A stretch of DNA of 64,000 nt. Source: an uncultured Candidatus Saccharibacteria bacterium (lineage in GTDB: Bacteria; Patescibacteriota; Minisyncoccia; Portnoybacterales; UBA2143). Where the stretch lies: NCBI GenBank assembly GCA_964548405.1, contig CAZJPW010000001.1, forward strand, positions 4,054 to 68,053, given 5' to 3'. The notes under the pieces were generated by a model. It made no database searches. It was not told the DNA's origin and saw only the letters and a program-made list of their open reading frames with translations. Positions within the stretch are counted from its first letter, which is position 1. The number at the start of each line of letters is the position of its first letter. Shown here piece after piece: positions 1 to 8,588 of the stretch. The position numbers and the translations under genes are program-made.

Positions 1-1
1 C

Positions 2-313
2 TCAGCGGCTGTTAATGATGCTCGTTTCCAGCCAGTAACAGATAGTGAACTAGATGAGTTAGAATACGAAATTTCTGTCTTAAGTCCTTTGAGAAAAATA
101 GATAGTTGGCAAGAAATAGAATTGGGTAGACATGGCGTTCAGGTTAAACAGGGAATTAGGTCTGGCGTGTTTTTGCCCCAAGTAGCTACGGATAATAATT
201 GGGATATTGATAAATTTATGGGCGAGCTTTGTTCTCAAAAAGCTGGCTTGGATTGGGAGTGTTGGAAAGGTAATGATCTAGATTTATATGTATTTACAGC
301 TACTGTTTTATAG
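2..313 (+). CDS. AMMECR1-domain protein, 5' partial (gene starts upstream of the window)
   Basis: Open frame runs from the window edge in the same frame as ORF 89..313. The GVFLPQV motif and C-terminal pattern are typical of the AMMECR1 family. Confidence 0.55.
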   Translation, partial: SAAVNDARFQPVTDSELDELEYEISVLSPLRKIDSWQEIELGRHGVQVKQGIRSGVFLPQVATDNNWDIDKFMGELCSQKAGLDWECWKGNDLDLYVFTATVL

Positions 314-345
314 TTTAGTATTTCAAGAAGAAAGGAGATTAAAAA

Positions 346-1452
346 ATGAAAAAGAATAATAAGGATATTAGAAGGAGGGCTCATAAAATAGGCTGGCCAG
401 AGTTTTCTGCTATGGAAGAAAAAGACAAGGTCTTTTTTTTAAATAATTCTAAGACAGGAAACCCTTTTCACGTTTTATTTTCCCAGCAGTTTAACAGGAA
501 GAGTTTAGATCTTCTTTGTAAGGTGGCTGACAAGGCGAGATTAATTCATAAGGATAGGAATAGGGGTAGGAAATTCTTGAAAAGTCTGCTTTTCGGAACC
601 TATGCTTTGAATTTTTTTAGTCAGCCCAGTAGCCGTACTTTTCTTTCTTTTGAAACAGCTCAGGAAGTTTTAGGAATGGGCATCAGAGATATTCGAGATC
701 CGAGTACTTCTTCAGAAGCTAAAGGAGAATCAATGGAAGATTCTATTAGAACTTTTAGTAGCTATGTTGATTTAGTAATCATGAGGCATCCAGAAGGTAA
801 AGCCGTAGAAAGGGGAGTTTGGGTTTTAAATAAGTCTGATAGAAGAATTCCAATTATTAATGGTGGGTCTGGCCCTGATCAGCACCCAACCCAGGCCTTA
901 CTCGATATCTATACTATTTATAAGTCTTTTGATGGGAAGGTGGATAATAAGACTATTGTGGCGGTTGGTGATATGTTAAGGGGCAGAACTGTACGATCTC
1001 TGGCATACTTCATGAAGCATTATAAGAATATGAAATTGATTTTTGTAACGCCAGCTCATTTGAAAATGAAAAAAGATATTAAAGATTTTCTTAAGCGTCA
1101 TAATATTCCCTATCAGGAAGAAAGTAATCTTAAAAAGGTAATTCCTTTGGCTGATGTCATATATATGACTCGTATTCAAGATGAGTGGGATAAAGGCAAG
1201 AAGAAACAAAAAGGCCATAAGCCTGTTGGTGATAAATTTAGATTCAAGGCAGAATATCTTAATTTAATGAAGAAGAAATCTATTTTAATGCATCCTTTAC
1301 CTAAAAGAGATGAGATTGACATAGAGTTGGATTATTGCGGTGATCCAAGAATAATTTACTGGCGCCAGGAACGCAACGGCATGTGGGCCAGGGTTGCCTT
1401 GATTGCTGCTATTTTTCAGAAAGAAAAAGATATTTTGAAGTATCGTATCTAA
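346..1452 (+). CDS. pyrB: Aspartate carbamoyltransferase catalytic chain-like protein
   Basis: Carbamoyl-phosphate motif SSRTFLSFE (STRTR-like), HPTQALLD, VGDMLRGRTVRS, and ATCase-specific HPLPKRDEI near the C-terminus. It has about 60 extra N-terminal residues, and no pyrI is adjacent. Confidence 0.7.
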   Translation: MKKNNKDIRRRAHKIGWPEFSAMEEKDKVFFLNNSKTGNPFHVLFSQQFNRKSLDLLCKVADKARLIHKDRNRGRKFLKSLLFGTYALNFFSQPSSRTFLSFETAQEVLGMGIRDIRDPSTSSEAKGESMEDSIRTFSSYVDLVIMRHPEGKAVERGVWVLNKSDRRIPIINGGSGPDQHPTQALLDIYTIYKSFDGKVDNKTIVAVGDMLRGRTVRSLAYFMKHYKNMKLIFVTPAHLKMKKDIKDFLKRHNIPYQEESNLKKVIPLADVIYMTRIQDEWDKGKKKQKGHKPVGDKFRFKAEYLNLMKKKSILMHPLPKRDEIDIELDYCGDPRIIYWRQERNGMWARVALIAAIFQKEKDILKYRI

Positions 1453-1455
1453 GAA

Positions 1456-1668
1456 ATGAGATATATTATTCTATTTTTAATTAAAATATATCAAAAAACC
1501 ATATCACCTGATCATGGCTATATTCCAGTTCTTAGATTGCTGGGCCAATGCCGCCATTACCCAACTTGTTCTCAGTATACTTATCAGACTGTGGAAAAAC
1601 ACGGGGCTTTTAAGGGTCTTTGGCTAGGTTTAAAGAGGATTTCCACCTGTCATCCTTGGGGAAAATGA
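1456..1668 (+). CDS. yidD: Membrane protein insertion efficiency factor YidD
   Basis: A 70-aa protein with CRHYPTCSQY...RISTCHPWG, matching the YidD/DUF37 signature. Confidence 0.8.
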   Translation: MRYIILFLIKIYQKTISPDHGYIPVLRLLGQCRHYPTCSQYTYQTVEKHGAFKGLWLGLKRISTCHPWGK

Positions 1669-1690
1669 TTAATTTTGTTATGATGAAGAT

Positions 1691-2302
1691 ATGAAAATGA
1701 ATAAGATAATTAAGGTTTTAATTCTTTCAGATATAGCTTTAGTAAGTGGTTTTGGTTTTGTTTCTCCGATTTTCGCTATTTTCCTGACTGATCGAATTCA
1801 AGGGGGTAATATTGAAGTTGTTGGTTATGCAGCCGCTATTTACTGGATGGTTAAATCAATAACTGTTATCCCTTTTGGTCGCTATTTGGATAAAAATCAT
1901 GGAGAAAAAGATGATCTCTGGTTTATTGTTATTGGTAATCTTTTAGCTACTTTAGTAGTTATTGGCTATATATTCTCAAGTCTGCCTTGGCATATTTATA
2001 CTTTGCAGGCGATTTATGCCATAAGCATGGCTATGAACATGCCTGCTTATGCTGCTATGTTTACGAGACATATTGATAAGGGAAATGAGGCTTCTGACTG
2101 GGGCATTAGAAGTTGTTTTGTTGGTTTTGGAGCGGGTATTGCTGGCGCCTTGGGTGGAATAATTGCTAATCGTTTTGGTTTTAATACACTCTTTGTTGGA
2201 GTTGGTATTTTTATTCTTTTAAGCGCTTTTTTCCCTCTGTTGATTATAAGAAACATATCGCCGAAAGATAAAAAAATACCAAGAATTCCAATAGATAAAT
2301 GA
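1691..2302 (+). CDS. Integral membrane protein (about 6 TM, half-size MFS-like)
   Basis: Hydrophobic segments throughout. Its last codons overlap the start of the next gene. Confidence 0.45.
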   Translation: MKMNKIIKVLILSDIALVSGFGFVSPIFAIFLTDRIQGGNIEVVGYAAAIYWMVKSITVIPFGRYLDKNHGEKDDLWFIVIGNLLATLVVIGYIFSSLPWHIYTLQAIYAISMAMNMPAYAAMFTRHIDKGNEASDWGIRSCFVGFGAGIAGALGGIIANRFGFNTLFVGVGIFILLSAFFPLLIIRNISPKDKKIPRIPIDK

Positions 2303-4008
2303 AAAATTTAGAGCTTGCTCAAATATTCTATCAAATAGCTGAATATATTGAGATGGATGAGGCATCTTTTCGTTCCCGGGCATATAATAAGGCGGCTCGG
2401 GTTTTAGAATCCTTGGAATTGGATCTTGAAGGCATTTATCTAAAAGATGGTATTAAGGGCTTGAAGAGTCTTCCTGGAATAGGCCAGGCCATTTCTGAGA
2501 AAATAGAGGAATATCTTAAGACCGGCCAGATTAAAACTTTTAATAAGCTCCAAAAGCAATGCCCGGTTGATTTAGAAAAATTAATTAGCGTTGAAGGATT
2601 AGGTGCTAGAAAGATTAAAGTTTTATACAAAGAATTAAATATTAGAAATCTAAAAGATTTAGAAAAGGCAGCTAAGAAAGGTAAGATAGGTAAATTAGAT
2701 GGTTTTGGTGTAAAAAGCGAACAGAATATTCTTCAAGCAATTGAATTTGTCAAAGCCGGTCAAGATAGATTCTTGTTGGGCATGGCCCTACCCATAGTTA
2801 GAGAAATAGTCACTAAGTTGGGAAAACTGTCAGAGGTTAAAAAAATTAGTCCAGCTGGTTCAATTAGGCGTATGAAAGAAACGATTGGCGATCTTGATAT
2901 TTTGGTTGTATCTTCAAAACCAGAGAAAGTGATGGATTTTTTCGTAAATGGACCCAATGTGGTTAAAGTTTGGGCCCAAGGCTTGACTAAATCTTCAGTT
3001 AGGTTGAGAAATAATCTGGATTGTGATTTAAGGATAGTTAAAAGAGAAAGTTTTGGAGCCGCTCTTCAGTATTTTACGGGCAGCAAGGATCATAATATTG
3101 TAGTTCGAAAATTAGCTAAGAAAAAAGGATTGAAATTAAATGAATACGGAGTTTTTAAAGGCAAAAAACAAATAGCCGGTAAAAACGAGAAGGAAGTTTA
3201 TCAAAAAGTTGGACTTTCTTACATTGAACCAGAATTAAGGACTAATACAGGCGAGATTGAAGCTGGTTTGAAAAATAGGTTACCTAAGTTAGTTGAATTA
3301 AAAGACATCAAAGGCGATTGTCATTGTCATAGTAACTGGAGTGATGGAAGTGAAAAGATTGAAGATTTAGCCAAGGCAGCTAAAAAACTTGGATACAAGT
3401 ATATAGCTATTACAGATCATGCTGGATTTTTAAGGATAGCTCATGCCCTAGATGAGAAACAGCTCTTGAAACAAATGGAAGAAATTGATAGGATTAACAG
3501 TCGGCTTTCTGGGATAAAAATCATTAAAGGATCAGAAGTTGATATTGGGGCTGATGGGACGATGGCTATTAAAGATGAGGTTTTGGCCAAGTTAGATTAT
3601 GTTTTAGGTGGAGTTCATTCTAATTTTAAGATGAGTAGGCAAAATATGACTGAGAGATTAATTAGGGCTATGGAGAATTCTCATGTTAATGTAATCGCTC
3701 ATCCGACTGGTCGGGTACTTCAGCACAGGGAAGAGTATCAGTTGGATTTTGATAAGATTTTTAGGATAGCTAAGAAAACAAAAACGGCTTTGGAGATTAA
3801 TGCTAATGCTGGTCGTTTAGATCTGAAGGATGTATATATTCGTCAGGCTAAAGAAGCCGGTGTTAAAATGGTAATCGGTACAGATGCTCATTCTTTAGTA
3901 CATATGACGATGATGGAATTAGGTCTAGCTCAGGCGCGCCGAGGCTGGGCTGAACCAAAAGATATTTTAAATACGAAATCTTTGAGAGATTTTTTAAAAA
4001 GTTTCTAG
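2299..4008 (+). CDS. polX: DNA polymerase family X with C-terminal PHP phosphoesterase domain
   Basis: HhH motifs (GIG, LPGIG), a pol-beta nucleotidyltransferase core (GSIRR...DLDIL), and a PHP domain with CHCHSNWSDG and HP/H motifs. Confidence 0.8.
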   Translation: MKNLELAQIFYQIAEYIEMDEASFRSRAYNKAARVLESLELDLEGIYLKDGIKGLKSLPGIGQAISEKIEEYLKTGQIKTFNKLQKQCPVDLEKLISVEGLGARKIKVLYKELNIRNLKDLEKAAKKGKIGKLDGFGVKSEQNILQAIEFVKAGQDRFLLGMALPIVREIVTKLGKLSEVKKISPAGSIRRMKETIGDLDILVVSSKPEKVMDFFVNGPNVVKVWAQGLTKSSVRLRNNLDCDLRIVKRESFGAALQYFTGSKDHNIVVRKLAKKKGLKLNEYGVFKGKKQIAGKNEKEVYQKVGLSYIEPELRTNTGEIEAGLKNRLPKLVELKDIKGDCHCHSNWSDGSEKIEDLAKAAKKLGYKYIAITDHAGFLRIAHALDEKQLLKQMEEIDRINSRLSGIKIIKGSEVDIGADGTMAIKDEVLAKLDYVLGGVHSNFKMSRQNMTERLIRAMENSHVNVIAHPTGRVLQHREEYQLDFDKIFRIAKKTKTALEINANAGRLDLKDVYIRQAKEAGVKMVIGTDAHSLVHMTMMELGLAQARRGWAEPKDILNTKSLRDFLKSF

Positions 4009-4027
4009 GTGGTTAGATCTTTAATTT

Positions 4028-4055
4028 TTTAGCTTTAACAATTTAGCTTTAACAA
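4028..4055. repeat. Perfect tandem duplication of the 14-mer TTTAGCTTTAACAA immediately upstream of the purF RBS
   Basis: tttagctttaacaa occurs twice back to back, 4028-4041 and 4042-4055. It is followed by the SD AAGGAGGG and the ATG at 4070. Confidence 0.8.
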
Positions 4056-4069
4056 AAGGAGGGTAAGTT

Positions 4070-5383
4070 ATGAGGGACAATTGTGGAGTTTTTGGCATTC
4101 ATTCTTCTAAGGGGTGTGCTGAAAGTATTGAACGCGGCATTTTCCACTTACAGCATCGTGGCCAGGTGTATGCTGGCTTATCCGTTTTTAATGGACAGGA
4201 AATTATTTCCGAGGTAGGGAACGGATTGGTCAAGGAAGTTTTTCCGGCAAGGGATCTGGGAAACTGGGAGGGGAATTCTGGAATAGGGCATGTTAGCTTA
4301 ATGGATCCTCAGCCCCATTTAGTGGATTCCAAGATAGGCAAATTCGTTCTGGCTTTCAGCGGTAATTTGATTAACGGTCCAGAACTGCGGGAGAAATTAA
4401 AGAGCCAAAGAGAATCTTTTTCTACGTCTTATGATGTGGAGGTAATAGCCAGATTAATAGGTAAAGGAAAAGATTATATAAGCGGCATACAAGGAATGTT
4501 TCAAGAATGTAGAGGTGGCTATTCGCTGGTTTTACTAACCGATAACGGAGAAGTTTATGCAGCTAGGGATCCTTATGGGTTTAGACCGTTAATTCTGGCT
4601 AAGAATATTGACGGGTGTGCCGTAGCCTCTGAATCTCCTGCCCTAGAAGAAATAGGCATGGAAGTAGTTAGAGATGTCCGTCCAGGGGAGATTGTCCGAA
4701 TAGAAAAGAATGGTTTTTCCGTGGTTAGAGAATCACAACCGGAAAGAGCAGCCTATTGTGCTTTTGAATGGGCCTATATCGCCCGATTAGATTCTGTGAT
4801 CGAAGGTATTCCGGTCAAAAGAGCCAGGAATAATTTGGGCGGTGAGTTGGCTCAGGGAGATGAAGTGGAGGCGGACATCGTTGCTCCTATTCCTATGTCG
4901 GGCATCGGACACGCCCAGGGATATCATAGGGTGTCTGGCGTTCCTTATGATGATGTCTTTTTGTATAACAGATATTCGGATAGAAGTTATACGCCTCTTG
5001 ACCAGACAGTTAGAGATATCATAGCAAACGAAAAGCTCTCCGTTATCAAGGAATCTATTAAGGGGAAAAAGATCATTATTATCGATGATTCTATCGTCCG
5101 GGGGACCCAGATGAGAAAGCAGGTTTTCAGATTAAAGAAAGCAGGGGCTAATGAAATTCATGTCAGAGTAGCTTCACCTCCCTTAAAAGCTCCCTGCTTA
5201 TACGGGATTTCTACAACTTCCTATGAAGAGCTGGCTGCCGTCAATCATAGTACGGAGGAAATAAGGAAGATGATCGGAGCAGACACATTAAGGTTTAATA
5301 CCTTAGAAGGTTTCATCAGAGCCATCGGTCTGCCATCCGAAAGATTATGTTCATCTTGCTGGACTGGGGAGTATCCAGTTTGA
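4070..5383 (+). CDS. purF: Amidophosphoribosyltransferase (glutamine-PRPP amidotransferase)
   Basis: N-terminal nucleophile CGVFGI directly after the initiator region, PRTase motif IIIDDSIVRGTQ, and a C-terminal CxxC...GEYP cluster. Confidence 0.85.
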   Translation: MRDNCGVFGIHSSKGCAESIERGIFHLQHRGQVYAGLSVFNGQEIISEVGNGLVKEVFPARDLGNWEGNSGIGHVSLMDPQPHLVDSKIGKFVLAFSGNLINGPELREKLKSQRESFSTSYDVEVIARLIGKGKDYISGIQGMFQECRGGYSLVLLTDNGEVYAARDPYGFRPLILAKNIDGCAVASESPALEEIGMEVVRDVRPGEIVRIEKNGFSVVRESQPERAAYCAFEWAYIARLDSVIEGIPVKRARNNLGGELAQGDEVEADIVAPIPMSGIGHAQGYHRVSGVPYDDVFLYNRYSDRSYTPLDQTVRDIIANEKLSVIKESIKGKKIIIIDDSIVRGTQMRKQVFRLKKAGANEIHVRVASPPLKAPCLYGISTTSYEELAAVNHSTEEIRKMIGADTLRFNTLEGFIRAIGLPSERLCSSCWTGEYPV

Positions 5384-5405
5384 CTTATAATCGTTTTTAA
5401 TTGGG

Positions 5406-5435
5406 GGCCTTAGTATGCTAAAATGCACTAAGGCC
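5406..5435. terminator. Perfect 9-bp stem hairpin (GGCCTTAGT / ACTAAGGCC, 12-nt loop) between purF and the next gene; possible terminator or RNA element, with no clear U-tract
   Basis: Inverted repeat read directly from the sequence. Confidence 0.35.
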
Positions 5436-5444
5436 TCTTAAATT

Positions 5445-5816
5445 ATGGATCTTAAAACAAAAAACTGGATATTTGTTTTTGCTTGGGCTGGTTTTATCTT
5501 TTTTCTTTCTCACCAGCCTTTTCTTGAATCTGGTTTGCCTGGCCAGTGGGATTTTGTTTTGCGCAAGCTGGCCCATATTACTGAATACGCTATTTTAACT
5601 TGGCTTTTAATTAGGGCTCTGAAAGAATATCAATTAACAACTAGACAGATCATAATTTCATCTATAACTATAGTTGTGCTTTATGCTGTTTCTGATGAAT
5701 ATCATCAGACTTTTATTCTTGGACGCCAAGGCGCATTCCGTGATGTTTTAATAGATAGCATAGGTATTTTTCTAATAACTTGGTTTAATGGGAAAAAGAT
5801 GATAAAATTAAAATAG
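5445..5816 (+). CDS. VanZ-like membrane protein
   Basis: About 4 TM segments and a DEYHQTFILGRQGAFRDVLIDSIG motif resembling the VanZ family. Confidence 0.55.
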   Translation: MDLKTKNWIFVFAWAGFIFFLSHQPFLESGLPGQWDFVLRKLAHITEYAILTWLLIRALKEYQLTTRQIIISSITIVVLYAVSDEYHQTFILGRQGAFRDVLIDSIGIFLITWFNGKKMIKLK

Positions 5817-5818
5817 TT

Positions 5819-6892
5819 ATGATTGATTTTTCGCAAAAGCCAGCTTTTGGTTTAGATTTAAGCGACCTTTCCTTAAAGATTGTTGAAGTTAATAAAGGGA
5901 AGGGTAGTTTGTTTTTATCTAGTTTTCTTAAACAGGATATTCCTCAAGGTTTGATTGAAGGCGGAGTCATTAAAAAAGAAAAAGAATTAGTTGATATTTT
6001 AAAAAAGGCTTTAGATAAGATAAATGTAGGCAAGCGAGTGGTTTGTAACCTGCCAGAGGAAAAAGTTTTTATTAGAATTATTCAATTACCTAAGATGAAA
6101 GAGAGTGAATTAGAGAAAGCGGTTCATTGGGAAGCCGAAGCTCATATTCCTTTGGGCATTGATGAAGTATATCTTGGCTGGCAGCTTGTTGAACCAATTT
6201 TTGAACATATTGATCATTTGGACGTACTAATTGCAGCCACTCCTAAAACTTTAGTGGATAATTATTTAAGCTTTTTAAGAAAAAGCGGCCTGGAACCAGT
6301 AGCTTTAGAGCCAGAATCAGTTGCTGTAATCAGGAGTCTCATGACTGAGGATGATTTAACTCCTAGTATTATTGTTGATCTGGGAGCAGTAGGAACTAAT
6401 TTTGTCATTTTTTCTGCCCTAGCTATTCGTTTTACTTCGCATATTAATATTTCCGGCCAGCTTTTTAATCAAGCCATTGCCAAGAAATTGAAAGTCACTG
6501 AAAAGGAAGCCAATAAATTAAAGATAGAAGTTGGTCTAGATGAAAAAAAAGAAAATGGTAAAGTTTACAAGGCTTTAGAGCCGATTATTGATAATTTAAC
6601 TAAGCAAATCAAGGATTACGTCACTTTTTATCATGAGCATGCTACTCATGTTCATGGGCCGGACGGGGCTATTGGCCAGGTAATTCTTTGCGGAGGCGAT
6701 TCCTTATTAATCAATTTACCCAAAATATTAAATGAAAAATTAAATATGCCGGTCAAGATGGGTAACCCTTTGATTAATATTTCATCTACTCGCCTCGCTA
6801 CCAAGCGGGTTGATAAGAAAAAAGGCATTACTAAAAAAGAAACTTTTTCATATACCACTGCTTTAGGTTTAGCCTTAAAAAATTTCTTTTAA
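5819..6892 (+). CDS. pilM: Type IV pilus assembly ATPase-like protein PilM
   Basis: Actin-like fold at the N-terminus (FGLDLSDLSLKIVEV), PilM-like length, and pilN/pilO-like genes downstream. Confidence 0.75.
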   Translation: MIDFSQKPAFGLDLSDLSLKIVEVNKGKGSLFLSSFLKQDIPQGLIEGGVIKKEKELVDILKKALDKINVGKRVVCNLPEEKVFIRIIQLPKMKESELEKAVHWEAEAHIPLGIDEVYLGWQLVEPIFEHIDHLDVLIAATPKTLVDNYLSFLRKSGLEPVALEPESVAVIRSLMTEDDLTPSIIVDLGAVGTNFVIFSALAIRFTSHINISGQLFNQAIAKKLKVTEKEANKLKIEVGLDEKKENGKVYKALEPIIDNLTKQIKDYVTFYHEHATHVHGPDGAIGQVILCGGDSLLINLPKILNEKLNMPVKMGNPLINISSTRLATKRVDKKKGITKKETFSYTTALGLALKNFF

Positions 6893-6893
6893 T

Positions 6894-7454
6894 ATGTTTA
6901 AACTTAACCTTTTACCACCCCAAGAGAAAAAAAGACTAGAATTAACAGAGTTTGCTTTTTTGTTGATTTCTTTTGGATGTCGTTTGGCTATTATTTTAAT
7001 CATTTTTGTTGTTATTTTGATAACCACATATTTTTCTCTTTTCATTCTTGTTAAAGCTCAGGATAATTTAATAGAGGTTAGGCAGAATGATGAAAAAACT
7101 CAGCATCAAATGGAGATTGAAGGGAAAATAGAAAAAGTAAATCAGGAAGCTAGAAGGATTTTTATCAAACAGAGTGAGTTAATCATTTGGACGCCCATTT
7201 TGGAGAGGCTAAGCAAGATTACCCCAAGCGGAGTATATTTAATCAACTTTTCCTATAGAGCTTCTAGCGAAGAGATTAATATTACTGGTTGGGCTAATAA
7301 TAGGGATAAGTTGTTGGTCTTTGAAAATTTATTAAAAGAAAGTCCATATTTTGAAGATCTTAATGCGCCTTTGAGTAATTTAATTAAGCAGACTGATATT
7401 AATTTTAGCTTTACGGCTAAGCCAGTTAAGCTTTTGGAGGAGGATAAGGAATGA
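6894..7454 (+). CDS. pilN: PilN-like pilus assembly protein (N-terminal TM anchor)
   Basis: Single N-terminal TM followed by a coiled-coil region; position directly after pilM. Confidence 0.55.
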   Translation: MFKLNLLPPQEKKRLELTEFAFLLISFGCRLAIILIIFVVILITTYFSLFILVKAQDNLIEVRQNDEKTQHQMEIEGKIEKVNQEARRIFIKQSELIIWTPILERLSKITPSGVYLINFSYRASSEEINITGWANNRDKLLVFENLLKESPYFEDLNAPLSNLIKQTDINFSFTAKPVKLLEEDKE

Positions 7455-8002
7455 TGAATTCTATTTCAAAAAAATTAATCAGTTCCTTATTAATCGTCCT
7501 AATTGTTTTAGCTCTTTTTATTTGGCTGGCTATTTTACCGTTAGTAGGCAAAATTAAGCAGCTGTCTCAGGAATATTTGGGCAAGCAGGAGATCTTAGCC
7601 CAGTTAGATCAAAGAGAGTTTTTGTTTAGGGATCTGGAAAAGAGTTATCGGGAAAAAAAAGATCAGTTGACTAATATTGAAGGAACTCTTTTGACTGAAG
7701 AGGAAACAGTTGGCTTTATTTCCACTTTAGAAAATATTGCTGATCGGACTGGAAATGATTTTGAAATTAGGGCAGCCAAATCGTTTTCCGAAGAAGGCGA
7801 AGAGAAGTTTCTCAGCTTAACTATTTCTCTTTGGGGAGATTTTGAAAGACTACTTGTCTTTTTGGCTAATTTAGAAGACAGTCCTTATCCGCCTTATCGT
7901 CTATTGGAAGTGGATAGTTTGTCGATTCATAGGATGGAAGGGGATAATGTTAGGGATGGTACTTTAGAAACAATCTTAGGAATTAAAATATATACAAAAT
8001 GA
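7451..8002 (+). CDS. pilO: PilO-like pilus assembly protein (N-terminal TM anchor)
   Basis: Single TM plus periplasmic domain; translationally coupled to the pilN-like gene. Confidence 0.5.
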   Translation: MMNSISKKLISSLLIVLIVLALFIWLAILPLVGKIKQLSQEYLGKQEILAQLDQREFLFRDLEKSYREKKDQLTNIEGTLLTEEETVGFISTLENIADRTGNDFEIRAAKSFSEEGEEKFLSLTISLWGDFERLLVFLANLEDSPYPPYRLLEVDSLSIHRMEGDNVRDGTLETILGIKIYTK

Positions 8003-8280
8003 AGATAAAATTCAGTTTATCATTAGAAAAAGTATCTAATTTTTTAAAAAAGTATTACTTTTGGATTTTAGGATTAATTCTTTTAGTATTACTTTGTCTT
8101 AATGCCTTTGTCTATTATCAATATGTTTATTTAACTATGAATGCTAGGGTGGTGCCGGCTGATGGAAAAATAGTTATTGATCAAGAGATTATTGAGAAAG
8201 TTATGGATGTTATAGAGGAGAGGGAGGAGAATTTAACTAGAGTAAAAACAAAAGACTATTTCAACCCCTTTAATGATTGA
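7999..8280 (+). CDS. Small membrane-anchored protein, possible PilP-like or accessory pilus protein
   Basis: 93 aa with an N-terminal TM, coupled to the pilO-like gene. No recognisable motif. Confidence 0.35.
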   Translation: MKIKFSLSLEKVSNFLKKYYFWILGLILLVLLCLNAFVYYQYVYLTMNARVVPADGKIVIDQEIIEKVMDVIEEREENLTRVKTKDYFNPFND

Positions 8281-8304
8281 CTTTTAGGAAAGATTGGGTA
8301 TAAT
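8277..8304 (+). promoter_or_regulatory. Sigma70-like promoter for the tRNA-Arg/tRNA-His pair
   Basis: -35 TTGACT at 8277-8282, a 16-nt spacer, -10 TATAAT at 8299-8304. The predicted start site (about 8311-8312) is 1-2 nt before the mature tRNA 5' end at 8313. Confidence 0.6.
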
Positions 8305-8312
8305 TTTGGTAT

Positions 8313-8386
8313 GCGCCTGTAGCTCAGCCGGACAGAGCGCCACCCTTCTAAGGTGGATGTCGTAGGTTCGAATCCTACCAGGCGTA
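8313..8386 (+). tRNA. tRNA-Arg (anticodon TCT)
   Basis: Manual cloverleaf: acceptor GCGCCTG/CAGGCGT, D-arm GCTC..GAGC, anticodon stem CCACC/GGTGG with loop CTTCTAA, T-arm GTAGG TTCGAAT CCTAC, discriminator A. Confidence 0.85.
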
Positions 8387-8393
8387 CTTGTAT

Positions 8394-8470
8394 GGTGCTC
8401 GTAGCTCAATTGACAGAGCCCCAGTTTGTGGTACTGGTTGTTGCCGGTTTGAGTCCGGTCGGGCACCCCA
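8394..8470 (+). tRNA. tRNA-His (anticodon GTG) with encoded G-1 and 3' CCA
   Basis: G-1 pairs with C73. Anticodon loop TTGTGGT, T-loop TTTGAGT, and the 3' end ...CGGGCAC-C-CCA is encoded. The spurious ORFs 8284..8466(-) and 8353..8550(+) overlap these two tRNAs. Confidence 0.8.
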
Positions 8471-8476
8471 GATATT

Positions 8477-8501
8477 TAAAAAGCCCTTTGTGGGGCTTTT
8501 T
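8477..8501 (+). terminator. Rho-independent terminator after the tRNA pair
   Basis: AAAAAGCCC-tttgtg-GGGCTTTTT: a GC stem flanked by an A-tract and a T-tract. Confidence 0.6.
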
Positions 8502-8504
8502 GAG

Positions 8505-8561
8505 TTGTCAACAATTAAGTTATGTCAAGGGGTTGACAAGGTGTCAATAAAAGAATAAAAT
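8505..8561 (+). promoter_or_regulatory. Promoter of the lexA-like gene with overlapping TGTCAA/TTGACA inverted-repeat half-sites (candidate operator)
   Basis: -35 TTGACA at 8533-8538, a 17-nt spacer, -10 TAAAAT at 8556-8561. Half-sites: TTGTCAA at 8505-8511, TGTCAA at 8523-8528, and the palindrome TTGACAaggTGTCAA at 8533-8547. Confidence 0.55.
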
Positions 8562-8588
8562 GTAAGTAGTTATAAATATTTTGAAACT

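Noticed and set aside
976-1218. Antisense 80-aa ORF inside pyrB-like. The same pattern recurs for many other short antisense or out-of-frame ORFs in the track (2047, 2436, 2760, 4842, 6652, 13152, 13889, 14411, 14433, 14893, 15860, 16366, 17444, 18774, 18859, 19392, 19477, 21155, 21307, 22013, 23692, 23805, 25361, 26379, 26996, 29893, 32292, 33092, 33569, 33900, 34079, 37328, 40880, 45676, 46565, 49247, 50110, 50529, 54448, 54849, 55658, 57773, 60693, 61163, 63486, 63787)
   Set aside because: Each is nested within, or antisense to, a gene with strong homology-type motifs. They show low-complexity or hydrophobic junk translations, and they lack RBS and operon context.
8284-8550. Track ORFs 8284..8466 (-) and 8353..8550 (+)
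   Set aside because: They lie entirely over tRNA-Arg, tRNA-His and the terminator. They are GC-rich because of tRNA sequence, not coding.
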